A DNA stretch of 64,000 bases from Candidatus Multivoradales bacterium (GCA_965212505.1 OZ243123.1:38141-102140); one strand, 5' to 3'. Counted from the first letter of the stretch, positions 1 through 9,640 are shown. Program-made: numbers and translations. Notes: a model not told the origin generated them from the sequence alone.

Positions 1-6
1 AGGTGC

Positions 7-1047
7 GTGATGCGGAGCAAGGGTTGGATGCTGGGGCGTGGCGCCGCCACGTTGGCGTTTCTGATGATCCTGACGGGGGCCCAGCTCGGGCAGGCGCGAA
101 CGGTTCCCTATGCAGCCGACCTTGGTGCTGCCGGGCCGGTGTCGATTCGTGACGGAGTCCACGAGGTTGTTATTTCGCTTTGGAGCGAGGCGGTCGGGGG
201 CGAGCTGGCCTGGGAGGAGAAGCTGGAACAGATCTACGTTCGCAAGGGTCGCTTCGATGTGATCCTCGGGCGTTTGAATCCACTTCCTGCGGACGCGGGG
301 TCCCTCTGGGTCGAGCTCGTGGTGGCCGGCGAGCTGATCTCGCCTCGAGTTCCGTTGGGAGGTGGTGGCTTGGAGGTAGAAGGTTCGGTGCTCGCGACGT
401 CGAGCTTCAACCTCGGGCCGGGCAACCTCACGGTCAGTTCCGGAAGGCTCATCAGCTTCAGCGGGCCACTGCAGCTGAGCGCCGGCGATGGGCACAGTGC
501 GCTCGAGGCGCTCGTTCTTCGACGGAACTCGAGCAATGTGGCCGTTGCCTATCTCGAAAACGGCACCGATGCAAGCCTCTCGGATGGGAGCGGCTACCTC
601 GTCTTGGGAGACGAGGCCGGCGATAACGTTGTCATCGACGCCAACGAAATCATGGCGCGGAGCAACGGCTCCACGTCGACCCTCTTCCTCCAACAGAACG
701 GTGGCGCGGTCTTCGTGAACGGATCGCAGGCCCATGCCTCGGATAGGACGCTGAAGCGCGACATCCGCGACCTCGATCTGGGCATCGAGGAGCTGCGCAG
801 ACTGCGCCCGGTCTCCTACGCGTGGAAGAGCGCAGATGACGACCGTCGCCACCTCGGGCTCATCGCGCAGGAGGTCCAGGAGGTTGTCCCCGATCTGATC
901 TACGAGGGCGAAGAGGAGACGCTCGGACTCTCTTACGTGGAGCTCGTTCCGCTGCTCGTCAAGGCGCTCCAAACCCAAGACGCGGAGCTTCAGAGCCTTC
1001 GCGATCGGCTTGCGGCGCTGGAAGGAATGATGGCGAGTCCGCGGTAG
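7..1047 (+). CDS. Secreted protein with C-terminal peptidase S74 / intramolecular chaperone (tail-fibre chaperone-like) domain
   Basis: N-terminal hydrophobic signal; C-terminal SDRTLKRDIRDL..LRRLRPVSYAWK..LGLIAQEVQEVVPDL..LSYVELVPLLVKALQ followed by a coiled coil is the S74 chaperone signature. Start is GTG7 or ATG10. Confidence 0.8.
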   Translation: MMRSKGWMLGRGAATLAFLMILTGAQLGQARTVPYAADLGAAGPVSIRDGVHEVVISLWSEAVGGELAWEEKLEQIYVRKGRFDVILGRLNPLPADAGSLWVELVVAGELISPRVPLGGGGLEVEGSVLATSSFNLGPGNLTVSSGRLISFSGPLQLSAGDGHSALEALVLRRNSSNVAVAYLENGTDASLSDGSGYLVLGDEAGDNVVIDANEIMARSNGSTSTLFLQQNGGAVFVNGSQAHASDRTLKRDIRDLDLGIEELRRLRPVSYAWKSADDDRRHLGLIAQEVQEVVPDLIYEGEEETLGLSYVELVPLLVKALQTQDAELQSLRDRLAALEGMMASPR

Positions 1048-1100
1048 AGCGGACCCGCTGGAACCTCTCGTTGCAAGGGCGTGACGCCGGTACCTAGGCG

Positions 1101-3797
1101 TCAGGGACAGCTGGTCGAGTTGCCCGACTGGAAGGTGCCTCCAACTTCGACACCGTTGCCGAAGGAGACGGTCGGTGCGTTGATCACGATGTTCGTGCCG
1201 TCGATGATCAACGCTGGGCCGAGCGTCGCCGAAGCGGTCGCCTCGAGGGTCTGAGTGCCCGAGAGCGTCTGGTTGTCGAGCACCAGGTTCGTCGGACAGC
1301 CGCCGGCGACCTCGAATGACCCACTCAGACACCACATGTTCAAGGTGCCACCGTCGGGAGTCGTGAAGTCGTCGACGGTCAGTCGCCAGGTGCCGCCGAC
1401 GGCTTCACCGTCGAAGGCGCTCAGTGGGTTGTTGGGCGAGAAGATGCCGCTGATCGCGACCGGCGATCCACACTGATCCTCGACGGGTAGCGGCGCCTCG
1501 TCGTCGAGGTCGGCTTGGATGTCGTCGAAGCCGCAGCCAAACTCGGTCCCCGGGACTCCGGGTCGATCGAAGAACGTCACGCTGGTGCCGGTGTCGAGAT
1601 GCTCGAGCGTGAAGGTGAGGTCGCCGACCCAGGTGTGGTCGACGTCGAGCGTCACATTCAAGTCGGCCAGCGTGCCGCCGCCGGCGACAACCAAGTCGTC
1701 ACTGGTGGTGCCGCCGTCGATGATCGCCAGGGCGGGCGAATCGCACTGGTTGAGTGCATCGACCAGGAAGTTTGCGTCCGAGATGTCGAAGAACACGTTG
1801 CCAGCGCCCTTCACCTTGATGCGCCCTCCGGCCGTCGAGACGTTCGACGGGAGGGTGACGATCTGCGAGCCGTCGTTTGGAACGCTGGAGGCGAGGAGGG
1901 TCGGGAAACTCAGTCCGCCGTCCGAGGAGAAGTAGATGTCGACGGTGGGCGTGCTAACGGGCGCGCCCGTGGTGCCGGCGACGTTCCACGTCACGGTCTG
2001 CATGCTTCCACCGGCGAAGTCTTCTCCACCGTTCGGAGCGGTGACGACGAACGGTCCCGAGGAGGTTGTTGAGGTCACCTGCATCGCGTCATAGCTCTCC
2101 CGCCCTCCCGCCGATCGGTTGTCTCGGACGGTCATGCGGAAGTTCATGGTGCGGTTGGTGACCGGCAAGGTCTCGCCGGCCGACAGAACGCCAGCGGCAA
2201 GGTCGGAGCTGCGCGGGAAGACGCGTGTCGGACCGCCTGAGGATGGCCAGCTGCGGAAGATCGGTTGCACGCCGTCGTCGCCAGTCGCTAGAGGCTCGCG
2301 AGTCCCCAGATCGAACTGCTCCCAGTTGAACGTGGGGGTGTCGCCATCGGCATCGCTGCCGCTTCCGGTGAGCTCGAACGGGGTGCCGATCGGGATCCAG
2401 ACGTCCGCGCCGGCGTCCGCCGTGGGTGCGTTGGGGTTGATCACGCCGGCGGTGGTGAAGCAGTTGCCGCCGCCGTTCATATAGGAGCCCATCTCGTCGA
2501 GGCTGACGCGGTGGAAGTGGTCATCGCTGTTCTGCTGAAGGTCGTCGACGCCGCAGATGCCAGCGTAGGCCTGGATGGTCGAGCCGCTGCCGGGCTCGTA
2601 GGCGGCCGTCGAGGCCCACTGGCCGGCGGAACAGTTGTTGGCGGTGCCGTTCCAGGTGTGTTGACCGTCCCACTGGTGACCCATCTCGTGGGATACGAAG
2701 TCGATGTCGAAGGGATCGCCGATCGGCGATCCGAGCCCGGTACAACCCTTGGCCTTGTTGGGTGTGTCGCAGGGTGAGTTGAGCTGGGCGACGCCGCCGC
2801 CCCCGGTCGAAACCACGTGTCCGATGTCGTAGTTCGAGTTGCCGATCTCGGTGTCGAGGGTGGTCTGGTTCTGGTTGAGCATCGTGCCGCAGTTGGTGTT
2901 GGAGTAGGGGTCGGTGCCGCCATCGGTGTAGACGACGTCGATGTTGTTGGCGACTAGAACCATGCGCACGGAGAAGTCGCGCTCGTAGACCATGTTCACG
3001 CGATTCATCGTGGTCGTGATGGCGGCTTGGCCGTCCGCAGCGCTGCCACCGTGAAAGTCGGTGTACTCCCCGGTCGCCGCCGTGGCCAGGCGATAGCTCC
3101 GGAGGAGGCCGCCGGTGTCGTTGCCGCCGTTCGCCGCAGCCGGTGGCGCGGGAGGCATCGGCGCGAGGTGGTTGACCAATGGGTCGACGCGGGGCCCCAC
3201 CTCGCAGACGAAGGGCTTGCCTTCGCCTCCCAGGGTGTAGTCGCGCTGGAAGTAGCTCGAGTAGACGCGCGTGTCGCCCTGCCAGTACGGATCGATGAAG
3301 TAGCCGCCGTCGGGTGACAGCACCATGCCGTGGAAACCGGCTGGCCCGCCCCAATCGAGTCGGAGTACGTTGGCCGGATGGTCGAGGCTCGTGCCGCGGT
3401 AGGTTTTCATCGGCCATCCCAGCTCGGCCATCCTCTGTTCGAGTTCCGGGTGCATGACAGGAGACTCGACGACCGCGAAGCGCTCGAACGTACCGTCCGG
3501 ACGGGGGAGGCTCAGAACGGTGACTTGCGCAGAAGCCGCGGCGGTGAACTCCATCGGTGCGCCGGCAAGAACGGCGCTTAGCGCCTCGGGGACGAGCTGG
3601 ACTCCGGCGAAACGATCGGGCCTCGCCCAGGGCCGAGTGTTTGGGCCGCTCCTGGCTTCGAGCTCGGCCGGTGAGATGGTCTTCCAGACTCCGTCGGGTG
3701 AGCTCTGGGCGCCGAGGGGTGATGACACCAGCGCGAGCACGGCGGCGGTGCGACTCCATGCGACGAGAATCTTCAACGAGCGTCTCTTCGGTCTCAT
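1101..3797 (-). CDS. Secreted reprolysin-like (M12B-type) zinc metalloprotease with proprotein-convertase P domain and Cys-bounded C-terminal domain
   Basis: Signal peptide, prodomain, YRLATAATGEY, zinc motif HEMGHQWDGQH, YEPGSGSTIQAY, VTAPNGGE domain, P-domain (DLNVTLDVDHTWVGDL..GTWRLTVDD). Start set at ATG 3797 (MRPKRR); the ORF track extends to 3836. Confidence 0.85.
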   Translation of the reverse strand: MRPKRRSLKILVAWSRTAAVLALVSSPLGAQSSPDGVWKTISPAELEARSGPNTRPWARPDRFAGVQLVPEALSAVLAGAPMEFTAAASAQVTVLSLPRPDGTFERFAVVESPVMHPELEQRMAELGWPMKTYRGTSLDHPANVLRLDWGGPAGFHGMVLSPDGGYFIDPYWQGDTRVYSSYFQRDYTLGGEGKPFVCEVGPRVDPLVNHLAPMPPAPPAAANGGNDTGGLLRSYRLATAATGEYTDFHGGSAADGQAAITTTMNRVNMVYERDFSVRMVLVANNIDVVYTDGGTDPYSNTNCGTMLNQNQTTLDTEIGNSNYDIGHVVSTGGGGVAQLNSPCDTPNKAKGCTGLGSPIGDPFDIDFVSHEMGHQWDGQHTWNGTANNCSAGQWASTAAYEPGSGSTIQAYAGICGVDDLQQNSDDHFHRVSLDEMGSYMNGGGNCFTTAGVINPNAPTADAGADVWIPIGTPFELTGSGSDADGDTPTFNWEQFDLGTREPLATGDDGVQPIFRSWPSSGGPTRVFPRSSDLAAGVLSAGETLPVTNRTMNFRMTVRDNRSAGGRESYDAMQVTSTTSSGPFVVTAPNGGEDFAGGSMQTVTWNVAGTTGAPVSTPTVDIYFSSDGGLSFPTLLASSVPNDGSQIVTLPSNVSTAGGRIKVKGAGNVFFDISDANFLVDALNQCDSPALAIIDGGTTSDDLVVAGGGTLADLNVTLDVDHTWVGDLTFTLEHLDTGTSVTFFDRPGVPGTEFGCGFDDIQADLDDEAPLPVEDQCGSPVAISGIFSPNNPLSAFDGEAVGGTWRLTVDDFTTPDGGTLNMWCLSGSFEVAGGCPTNLVLDNQTLSGTQTLEATASATLGPALIIDGTNIVINAPTVSFGNGVEVGGTFQSGNSTSCP

Positions 3798-3955
3798 GTC
3801 TCTCTCCCTGGCGAGGGGTAAAAGTGCCGGTATCAAGCTAGTTTAGCTCGATTTTCGGAACGCCATGGAGCGGCGTGGTGTGGCTACCCAAGAGAGCGAT
3901 CGACCGTCCGGGGGTCTTGCTCGTCCGGTGGAGATGGCGGGTGAACCCTTCAAAT

Positions 3956-4063
3956 AGGGACAGCTGGTCGCGAGTCGCCCGATTGAAAGGGCCCCAGATC
4001 TCGACAACGTCGCAGAAGGAGGCTCGCGGCGCGTTGATCACGAAGTCGGTACGGTCGATGATC
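3956..4063 (-). pseudogene. Frameshifted relic homologous to the last ~35 codons of the metalloprotease (1103-1209)
   Basis: AGGGACAGCTGGTCG, GCGTTGATCACGA and GTCGATGATC are shared. Translation IIDRTDFVINAPRASFCDVVEIWGP vs IIDGTNIVINAPTVSFGNGVEVGGT, then -1 and +2 indels, then TSCP. Confidence 0.75.
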
Positions 4064-4109
4064 GCTCGGCGGAGCGGCCCGTTGCCGAAGGTGCTTTCTG
4101 ATGTAGCGC

Positions 4110-6326
4110 CTACCAGTCGGTGGGTGCCTCGAGGCCGGTCAGGTCAGCCAGGAACGCCACTTGGTTGGCGAAATCTTCCGGGCCGCCGACCGTGTGGCCG
4201 GCGTCCCAGCCGACCTGCAGGTAGATCGGGTTGTCGCAGCCCTGGGCGTGTTGGAGTGCGGCGGCGAACTTGTAGGAGTGGAAGGGGGCTGCCGCTTGAT
4301 CCTTCTCGCCCTGGGCGATGATCATCGGTGGGTAACAGCGGCCGGGTTTGGTGTTGTGGACGGGAGAGTAGCGACGTAGCGCCGTGAATTCGTCGAGGTT
4401 CTCAGCCGTGCCCCAGTTGCCAGCGGTCTGGCCGGCGGCAAAGAGATGGTAGCGGAGCAGGTCGAGAATCGGATAGCTGATCGCTCCGACTGCGAACAGG
4501 TCCGGGCGTTGCAGAACGGCGGCCGCGGCTAGCGGGCCGCTGGCGCTGCCGCCGTTGGCAACGAGCGTCGTCGGCGACGTCCATCCGGTCTTTATCAGGT
4601 GCTTGGCTGCGGCGATGTAGTCGTCGATGCCGTTCTGCTTGTGCACTCCCGAGCCGGCACGACGCCAGGTTTCTCCGTACTCGGAACCTCCGCGCACATT
4701 GACCAGCGCGTACACACCACCCATCTCGAGCCATACGCGGAAATTCACCGAATACCACGGTACGGCAGCCCAGTTGGCGCCGTAGGCGTAGAGCCACGTT
4801 GCGCGCGGTTGAGAGCGATCCAAGCCGCGCCGATAGACCAGCGTCATGGGTACTCGAGTTCCGTCGCGACTCGCGAAGAACACCTGTTCGGAGACGAAGT
4901 TGTCTCGGTCGAAGGCCGGGGTGGCGGTCCAGAAGACGGCACTGGTTCCGGTCTCGAGATCGAGCCGGTAGACGGTGTTTGGCTCGCCGGTCCCCTGCAG
5001 CATGAACAGAACCTCGGAGTCTCCGGGGGTGCCGAGAAAACCACCGCGCACCCAGCCGATGTAGGGAAGCTCGACCGTGCGTTCGAAGCGGCCCGTGGAG
5101 CTGTGAACCTGCAGTTGCGGTAAGGCATCGTGGGTGTACTGCAGAAGGAAGCGGCCACCGAAGAAGACGGCGCCGGTCATCGTCTTGTCAGCGATAGCGG
5201 GCACGATCTCGCGTTCGACCTCAGGCTTTGTGACGTCGATCTCCACCAGTGCTCCGGTCACGTCGGTGCGTGTATCGCGGAACCAGAGGCGAGAGCCGCG
5301 CCCTCCGACAAGTTGGAGGGTGGCGCTCAGCGCGGAATCGAGCGTCGTAGAGGTGCCGTCGGCAGTGTTCAACGCCCTGACAACCGTGCTGTGATCCGTG
5401 ATCGTCTTGATGACCAGGTAGGCTCGATCTGTCGTGATCTCCAGCCACAGAGCGGCGTCGCGCGCGTTCGGGTCGGCGTAGATCGCAGGGTCAGGGCCGG
5501 TCGAGCCGACAGTATGGAAACGGACGCGATGGTCGCGCAGGGCCGTCGCGTCGAGCCGATCGGGGTCGCCGACGACCGGGTAAGACGCGTAGTAGAAGCC
5601 GCTCGAGGTTGCGTTCCACAAGACCTGGCCGAAGTTGCGATGGATGCCGACGATGCGGTCGTCCAGCAACTCGCCCGCCTTGGTGTCGTAGATCCGCCAC
5701 TCCGACCACGGCGAAGCGGGTCGCCGGGCGCCGAGCGCCAGGTAGCGGCCGTCGAGACTCACGTCAAATGCCGGCATTCCGGTGCCGCGCAGTGTTGCGG
5801 GGATGAAGCCGTCTCCGAGCGATCTGTAGTCGATCAGCAGTCGCGGAGAGCTGTCGACCCCCTTGATCGCGTACAGCCCCCAGTGGCGTTCGCTCTCGGT
5901 GACGGTGCTGCGAACTTGATAGTAGACCTGACCGCGCTTGGCCGCCGGGTAGGCGCGCTCCGAGCTGTGCAGCGCCTCGATACGCCGCAGGATGGCGTCA
6001 CGGTGGGGTAGAGCCTCGAGGCTCTTGCGTGTATGGGTGTCTTGGGCGCGAATCCAGGCCAGGGTCTCGGGCGACTCCATCTTCTCGAGCCAGCGATACG
6101 GATCTTCGACCCGGACGCCATGAATCGTGTCGGCGATGTCTTGGCGCGGCGCCACGAGCCGCTGCTCGAGCTCCTCCTGCGCTGCAGTGGGAGGCGTCCC
6201 GCAAGAGAGTAGTGCGATTGCGAAGACGAAGATGCCTCGGTGTACGGAGGCCCGAACCGAGGTCGACAGCTGAATTGCAGACGATACGGATCGGTGGTGA
6301 GACTTGGGTGGTGCGGTCTCTCGCAT
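4110..6326 (-). CDS. Prolyl oligopeptidase family (S9A) serine peptidase, probably exported
   Basis: VEDPYRWLE N-terminus, beta-propeller, SRDGTRVPM, NVRGGSEYGETW, nucleophile elbow NGGSASG, Asp (GEKDQ), His (DAGH); hydrophobic stretch ending LLSC. Confidence 0.9.
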   Translation of the reverse strand: MRETAPPKSHHRSVSSAIQLSTSVRASVHRGIFVFAIALLSCGTPPTAAQEELEQRLVAPRQDIADTIHGVRVEDPYRWLEKMESPETLAWIRAQDTHTRKSLEALPHRDAILRRIEALHSSERAYPAAKRGQVYYQVRSTVTESERHWGLYAIKGVDSSPRLLIDYRSLGDGFIPATLRGTGMPAFDVSLDGRYLALGARRPASPWSEWRIYDTKAGELLDDRIVGIHRNFGQVLWNATSSGFYYASYPVVGDPDRLDATALRDHRVRFHTVGSTGPDPAIYADPNARDAALWLEITTDRAYLVIKTITDHSTVVRALNTADGTSTTLDSALSATLQLVGGRGSRLWFRDTRTDVTGALVEIDVTKPEVEREIVPAIADKTMTGAVFFGGRFLLQYTHDALPQLQVHSSTGRFERTVELPYIGWVRGGFLGTPGDSEVLFMLQGTGEPNTVYRLDLETGTSAVFWTATPAFDRDNFVSEQVFFASRDGTRVPMTLVYRRGLDRSQPRATWLYAYGANWAAVPWYSVNFRVWLEMGGVYALVNVRGGSEYGETWRRAGSGVHKQNGIDDYIAAAKHLIKTGWTSPTTLVANGGSASGPLAAAAVLQRPDLFAVGAISYPILDLLRYHLFAAGQTAGNWGTAENLDEFTALRRYSPVHNTKPGRCYPPMIIAQGEKDQAAAPFHSYKFAAALQHAQGCDNPIYLQVGWDAGHTVGGPEDFANQVAFLADLTGLEAPTDW

Positions 6327-6386
6327 GGCGCGCAGTCTTGCCTGGTCGCCGGAATGCCCGCCTCATGAAGGTGTAAGGTTTCGGTC

Positions 6387-8591
6387 ATGAATGACCGCAA
6401 CGGAAGACTCTGGGCTTTCCGTCTCGGTGCCTTCATGGTGCGTCCATCGAGCGATGAGATCGTCGGTCCGAACGGCTCGACGAAGGTCGAGCCCAAGATG
6501 ATGGAGGTGCTCGAGCACTTGGTTCGTCACGCGGGAAGTGTGGTCAGCCGCAACGAGTTGCTCGACCAGGTGTGGGCGGACACCCATGTGGGCGAGCGCG
6601 TCCTCACCCGCGTGATTTCCGAGCTTCGCCGGGTGCTCGGGGACGACCCCGCGGAGCCACGCTATGTCGAGACGGTGATCAAGCGAGGTTACAGGCTGGT
6701 GGCGTCGGTCGAATTTGTCGATGCGGAAGGACAGAGCATCGAGGAGTTGTCGACAGTACGTCGCCCGCCGACAGGCGGGAGCGGGTCGACCCAAGGTGGG
6801 ACGACGGTGCGCCGGCTGCCGATAGCGCTCGCAGCGGTTCTGGTGGCCGTGGCAGTCGCCACCGTCTGGTCGTGGCATCTGCGTAGCGGTTCCGGGAGCG
6901 TGCCGAGCGTCGAGGTTCGTCCGCTCACTACGTATCCGAGCTGGGAGTACGACCCCGAGCTGTCGCCCGACGGCCAGGCGGTTGCCTTCGCCTGGCACGG
7001 TGCCGAGCAGGCCAATTGGGATGTCTACGTGCGTGACCTGGGGGCCGAGAAGCCGATGCGGCTCACAGATCACGAGGGCGCTGAAGGCAGCCCCGTGTGG
7101 TCACCCGATGGGCGCCGCATCGCGTATTACAACTCGCGTCCGGGGCCGCCGCGAACGTGTGAGCTGCTGGTGCGACCGGTGCTGGGGGGCGAGCCGACGT
7201 CTCTCGGCCCGTGCGCCGCCAACTACCCGAAGCTGTCGTGGTCACCCGATGGGCGCCTCCTGGCCTTCAACGAACGTACTGGCGTCGACCGTCCGCACCG
7301 GATCGTGATCCTCGACCTCGAGAGCCGTCGCCGTCGCGTGCCAGTCGAGCCGCCGCCAACCGCTTGGGGGGACTACGCGGCGAGCTTCTCGCCCGCAGGC
7401 GATCGGCTGGCCTTCACCCGCGTGACGACGGAGGGCGACGAAGACGTCTATGTGATTCGAATCGACGGGACCGATCTCGTTCGCGTTACTGCGGATCACC
7501 GCAGCATACGCCGTCATGATTGGCTCGACGCGAACCGCCTGGTTGTCTCCTCGTCGCGCAGTGGTTTCCAAGAGCTGTGGGAGTTCCCAGTGGCCGAAGG
7601 TGGGGCTCCCCCCACGAGGATCGCAGCGGGGCGGGGGGTGAGTGGGCCGACGGCTCGGCGTGGCCGTATTGTTGCCGAGCAGTGGAACTCGGACACGGAC
7701 ATTCTCACCGCCGAACTGCCGGCCCTGGGCGGAGGTGCGGTACTCACCTCCACTGGAGGCGGCCCTACGCTACGCGCGTGGGCGCGGTCCACAGCATGGG
7801 ACATGTCTCCGGCGATTGCACCCCAGGGTGGGCGCGCCGTTTTTGTTTCGAATCGCTCAGGCCACCACGAGCTCTGGGTCGCCGGGCGGAACGGTGACGA
7901 CGAGAGGCGACTTACCTCTTTTGAGGGGTCCTACCTCAGCACCCCAAGATTTGCGCCCGACGGTCGAACGGTGATGTTCGAGGCGCGCCCCGAGGGCCAG
8001 GCCGACATCTATGCGGTCTCTGTCGACGGGGGTCCGCCGACTCGGCTCACAGATCACCCCGCCGATGATCTGGCGCCATGGGTTTCCCCGGGTGGCGAGT
8101 GGCTGTACTTTGCTTCCGCTCGAACGGGGGCCTGGGAGGTCTGGCGCCGCTCTCTCCAGGAGGACCGGTCCGAACAGGTCACGATGGGCGGCGGCTTCGC
8201 CCCGGTTCTGTCCGAGGACGGCGAGACTCTCTACTTCACACATCATCTGAGACGTGGACTCTGGAGTATGCCGGTTGATGGAGGGGTGGCCGAGCTGGTT
8301 CACCGCGATCTGGAGGACTACGACTGGGGCAGCTGGGCGATCCGAGGTGGGACGTTCTACACCCTGCGACGTGGCGACTACCCGACGCCGGACGTCTTGG
8401 CTGCGATCGATCTACGTACTGGAGGGGTACGGGAGCTGCTCGAGGTTCCACGGGCGCCACACGGCGACGTCGCCCTCGCGATCGCCCCAGACGGCAGCTG
8501 GGCTCTGCTGGGCAATCTCGCGTCGCGCGGTGCGGACCTGATTCTGATCGAGCCGGTCGACCGCGCTCCGGAAGGCCCTGAGTTGCCCTAG
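6387..8591 (+). CDS. CadC-like membrane one-component regulator: OmpR/PhoB winged helix, TM helix, TolB-like (PD40) beta-propellers
   Basis: EPKMMEVLEHLV..VVSRNELLDQVW..ISELRRVLGDDPAEPRYVETVIKRGYRL; TM segment; repeated PxxSPDG motifs. Confidence 0.88.
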   Translation: MNDRNGRLWAFRLGAFMVRPSSDEIVGPNGSTKVEPKMMEVLEHLVRHAGSVVSRNELLDQVWADTHVGERVLTRVISELRRVLGDDPAEPRYVETVIKRGYRLVASVEFVDAEGQSIEELSTVRRPPTGGSGSTQGGTTVRRLPIALAAVLVAVAVATVWSWHLRSGSGSVPSVEVRPLTTYPSWEYDPELSPDGQAVAFAWHGAEQANWDVYVRDLGAEKPMRLTDHEGAEGSPVWSPDGRRIAYYNSRPGPPRTCELLVRPVLGGEPTSLGPCAANYPKLSWSPDGRLLAFNERTGVDRPHRIVILDLESRRRRVPVEPPPTAWGDYAASFSPAGDRLAFTRVTTEGDEDVYVIRIDGTDLVRVTADHRSIRRHDWLDANRLVVSSSRSGFQELWEFPVAEGGAPPTRIAAGRGVSGPTARRGRIVAEQWNSDTDILTAELPALGGGAVLTSTGGGPTLRAWARSTAWDMSPAIAPQGGRAVFVSNRSGHHELWVAGRNGDDERRLTSFEGSYLSTPRFAPDGRTVMFEARPEGQADIYAVSVDGGPPTRLTDHPADDLAPWVSPGGEWLYFASARTGAWEVWRRSLQEDRSEQVTMGGGFAPVLSEDGETLYFTHHLRRGLWSMPVDGGVAELVHRDLEDYDWGSWAIRGGTFYTLRRGDYPTPDVLAAIDLRTGGVRELLEVPRAPHGDVALAIAPDGSWALLGNLASRGADLILIEPVDRAPEGPELP

Positions 8592-8741
8592 CTCCCTGGG
8601 CGGCTTCGATACCGAGGGCGGTGCCACTCACCGAAAGGAAGCGTGTTCGTTGCGGGCCCTTCGGCGGTATTCAACCGTCTACACTCGGAGGTCGAGAGCG
8701 CAAGGCGAGCCGGAGACACCACGGCAGAAGGGACGGACGAG

Positions 8742-8858
8742 ATGAGTGAGATCAAGACCGAAGGGGTGATCGCCGAGAGCGAGGTCTTCCACGCGTCACC
8801 AAAGGGGCCGGAGTGTCAGAGTTCCGCCATGATGACCGACACTCCGGTGGAGGCCTGA
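8742..8858 (+). CDS. Putative 38-aa small protein (MSEIKTEGVIAESEVFHASPKGPECQSSAMMTDTPVEA)
   Basis: ATG preceded by purine-rich AAGGGACGGACGAG; stop lies 1 nt before the next ATG. No recognisable family. Confidence 0.3.
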   Translation: MSEIKTEGVIAESEVFHASPKGPECQSSAMMTDTPVEA

Positions 8859-8859
8859 G

Positions 8860-9165
8860 ATGGCGACCCACGAAGCACTCGTTGCACTCCACGTCACCGA
8901 CGAGGCCGGCTACCAACGCTACCGCGAGGGAATGACGCCAATTCTCGAGAGCTACGGTGGGCGCTTCCGCTGGGACTTCCAGCTCTCCGAAGTGCTGAAG
9001 AGCGACGGGGAGGAGCGCCTGAACCGCCTGTTCATACTCTCCTTCCCAGACGCGGCGACCAAGGAGGCGTTCTTCGCCGACGAGCGTTACCTCGCGGTTC
9101 GCGCCGAGCACTTCGATCGGTCGGTCGCCGCGGTCGAGCGCATCGCCGAATACCCTCGCGACTGA
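8860..9165 (+). CDS. DUF1330 family protein
   Basis: YQRYREGMTPILESYGGRF..NRLFILSFPD..AFFADERY pattern. Confidence 0.75.
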   Translation: MATHEALVALHVTDEAGYQRYREGMTPILESYGGRFRWDFQLSEVLKSDGEERLNRLFILSFPDAATKEAFFADERYLAVRAEHFDRSVAAVERIAEYPRD

Positions 9166-9166
9166 C

Positions 9167-9640
9167 TCAGCCCTCCCACTTGGGGGGCTCGGTACCCTCG
9201 ATGTAGGCCTTCATCACACCGTCGAGAAGGAACTTCCAGCCCTTCTCCTTCTCGGCGGTCCACTGATCCGGCATCTTGCCGATCGCGCCTTCCGAGAAGT
9301 GGAGCGTGCAGCCGTTGTCGCTCGCCGTCAGACGCCAGGTCATGAAGCTGATCGACGGGCCGCCCCATTCGGGGAACATGTAGCCGACGGTCTGTAGCAG
9401 CTGTTCGGGTACCGAGTGGCAGACCTGACCCCAGAGGAGCCCGCCGCCCCCCTCCCACTCTTCGTAGACGCGGCCTCCCGGCACCGCTTCGATGTGGTAG
9501 CTGCGCTTGCCCTCCTCGCCGCCGATGAAGAACTCGGCCGGCCACCACTTGCCGGCATCGTCGGTGAGCGCCTGCCAGACGGTTGCGGGCGACGCCTTGA
9601 TGTGGGTCTCCATGCTGACTTCGTTCGGGGTCGTGTTCAT
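9167..9640 (-). CDS. SRPBCC / Aha1-like (START) domain protein
   Basis: METHIKASPATVWQALT..WW..GGRVYE..GW; AAGGAGA SD before ATG 9640; coupled to ArsR. Confidence 0.8.
   Translation of the reverse strand: MNTTPNEVSMETHIKASPATVWQALTDDAGKWWPAEFFIGGEEGKRSYHIEAVPGGRVYEEWEGGGGLLWGQVCHSVPEQLLQTVGYMFPEWGGPSISFMTWRLTASDNGCTLHFSEGAIGKMPDQWTAEKEKGWKFLLDGVMKAYIEGTEPPKWEG

Noticed and set aside
7-1047. Prophage inferred from the S74 domain or from DUF1353
   Set aside because: Both proteins have signal peptides and no structural, packaging or lysis genes are nearby.
1103-4063. Diversity-generating retroelement (TR/VR pair) explanation for the repeat of the protease 3' end
   Set aside because: Mismatches occur at G, C and T as well as A, there are two indels, and no reverse transcriptase is in the window.
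8592-8741. Riboswitch (guanidine-I, c-di-GMP or glycine) in the intergenic region
   Set aside because: Only fragmentary similarity (CACGG..GGGAC); the conserved cores and stems are missing.
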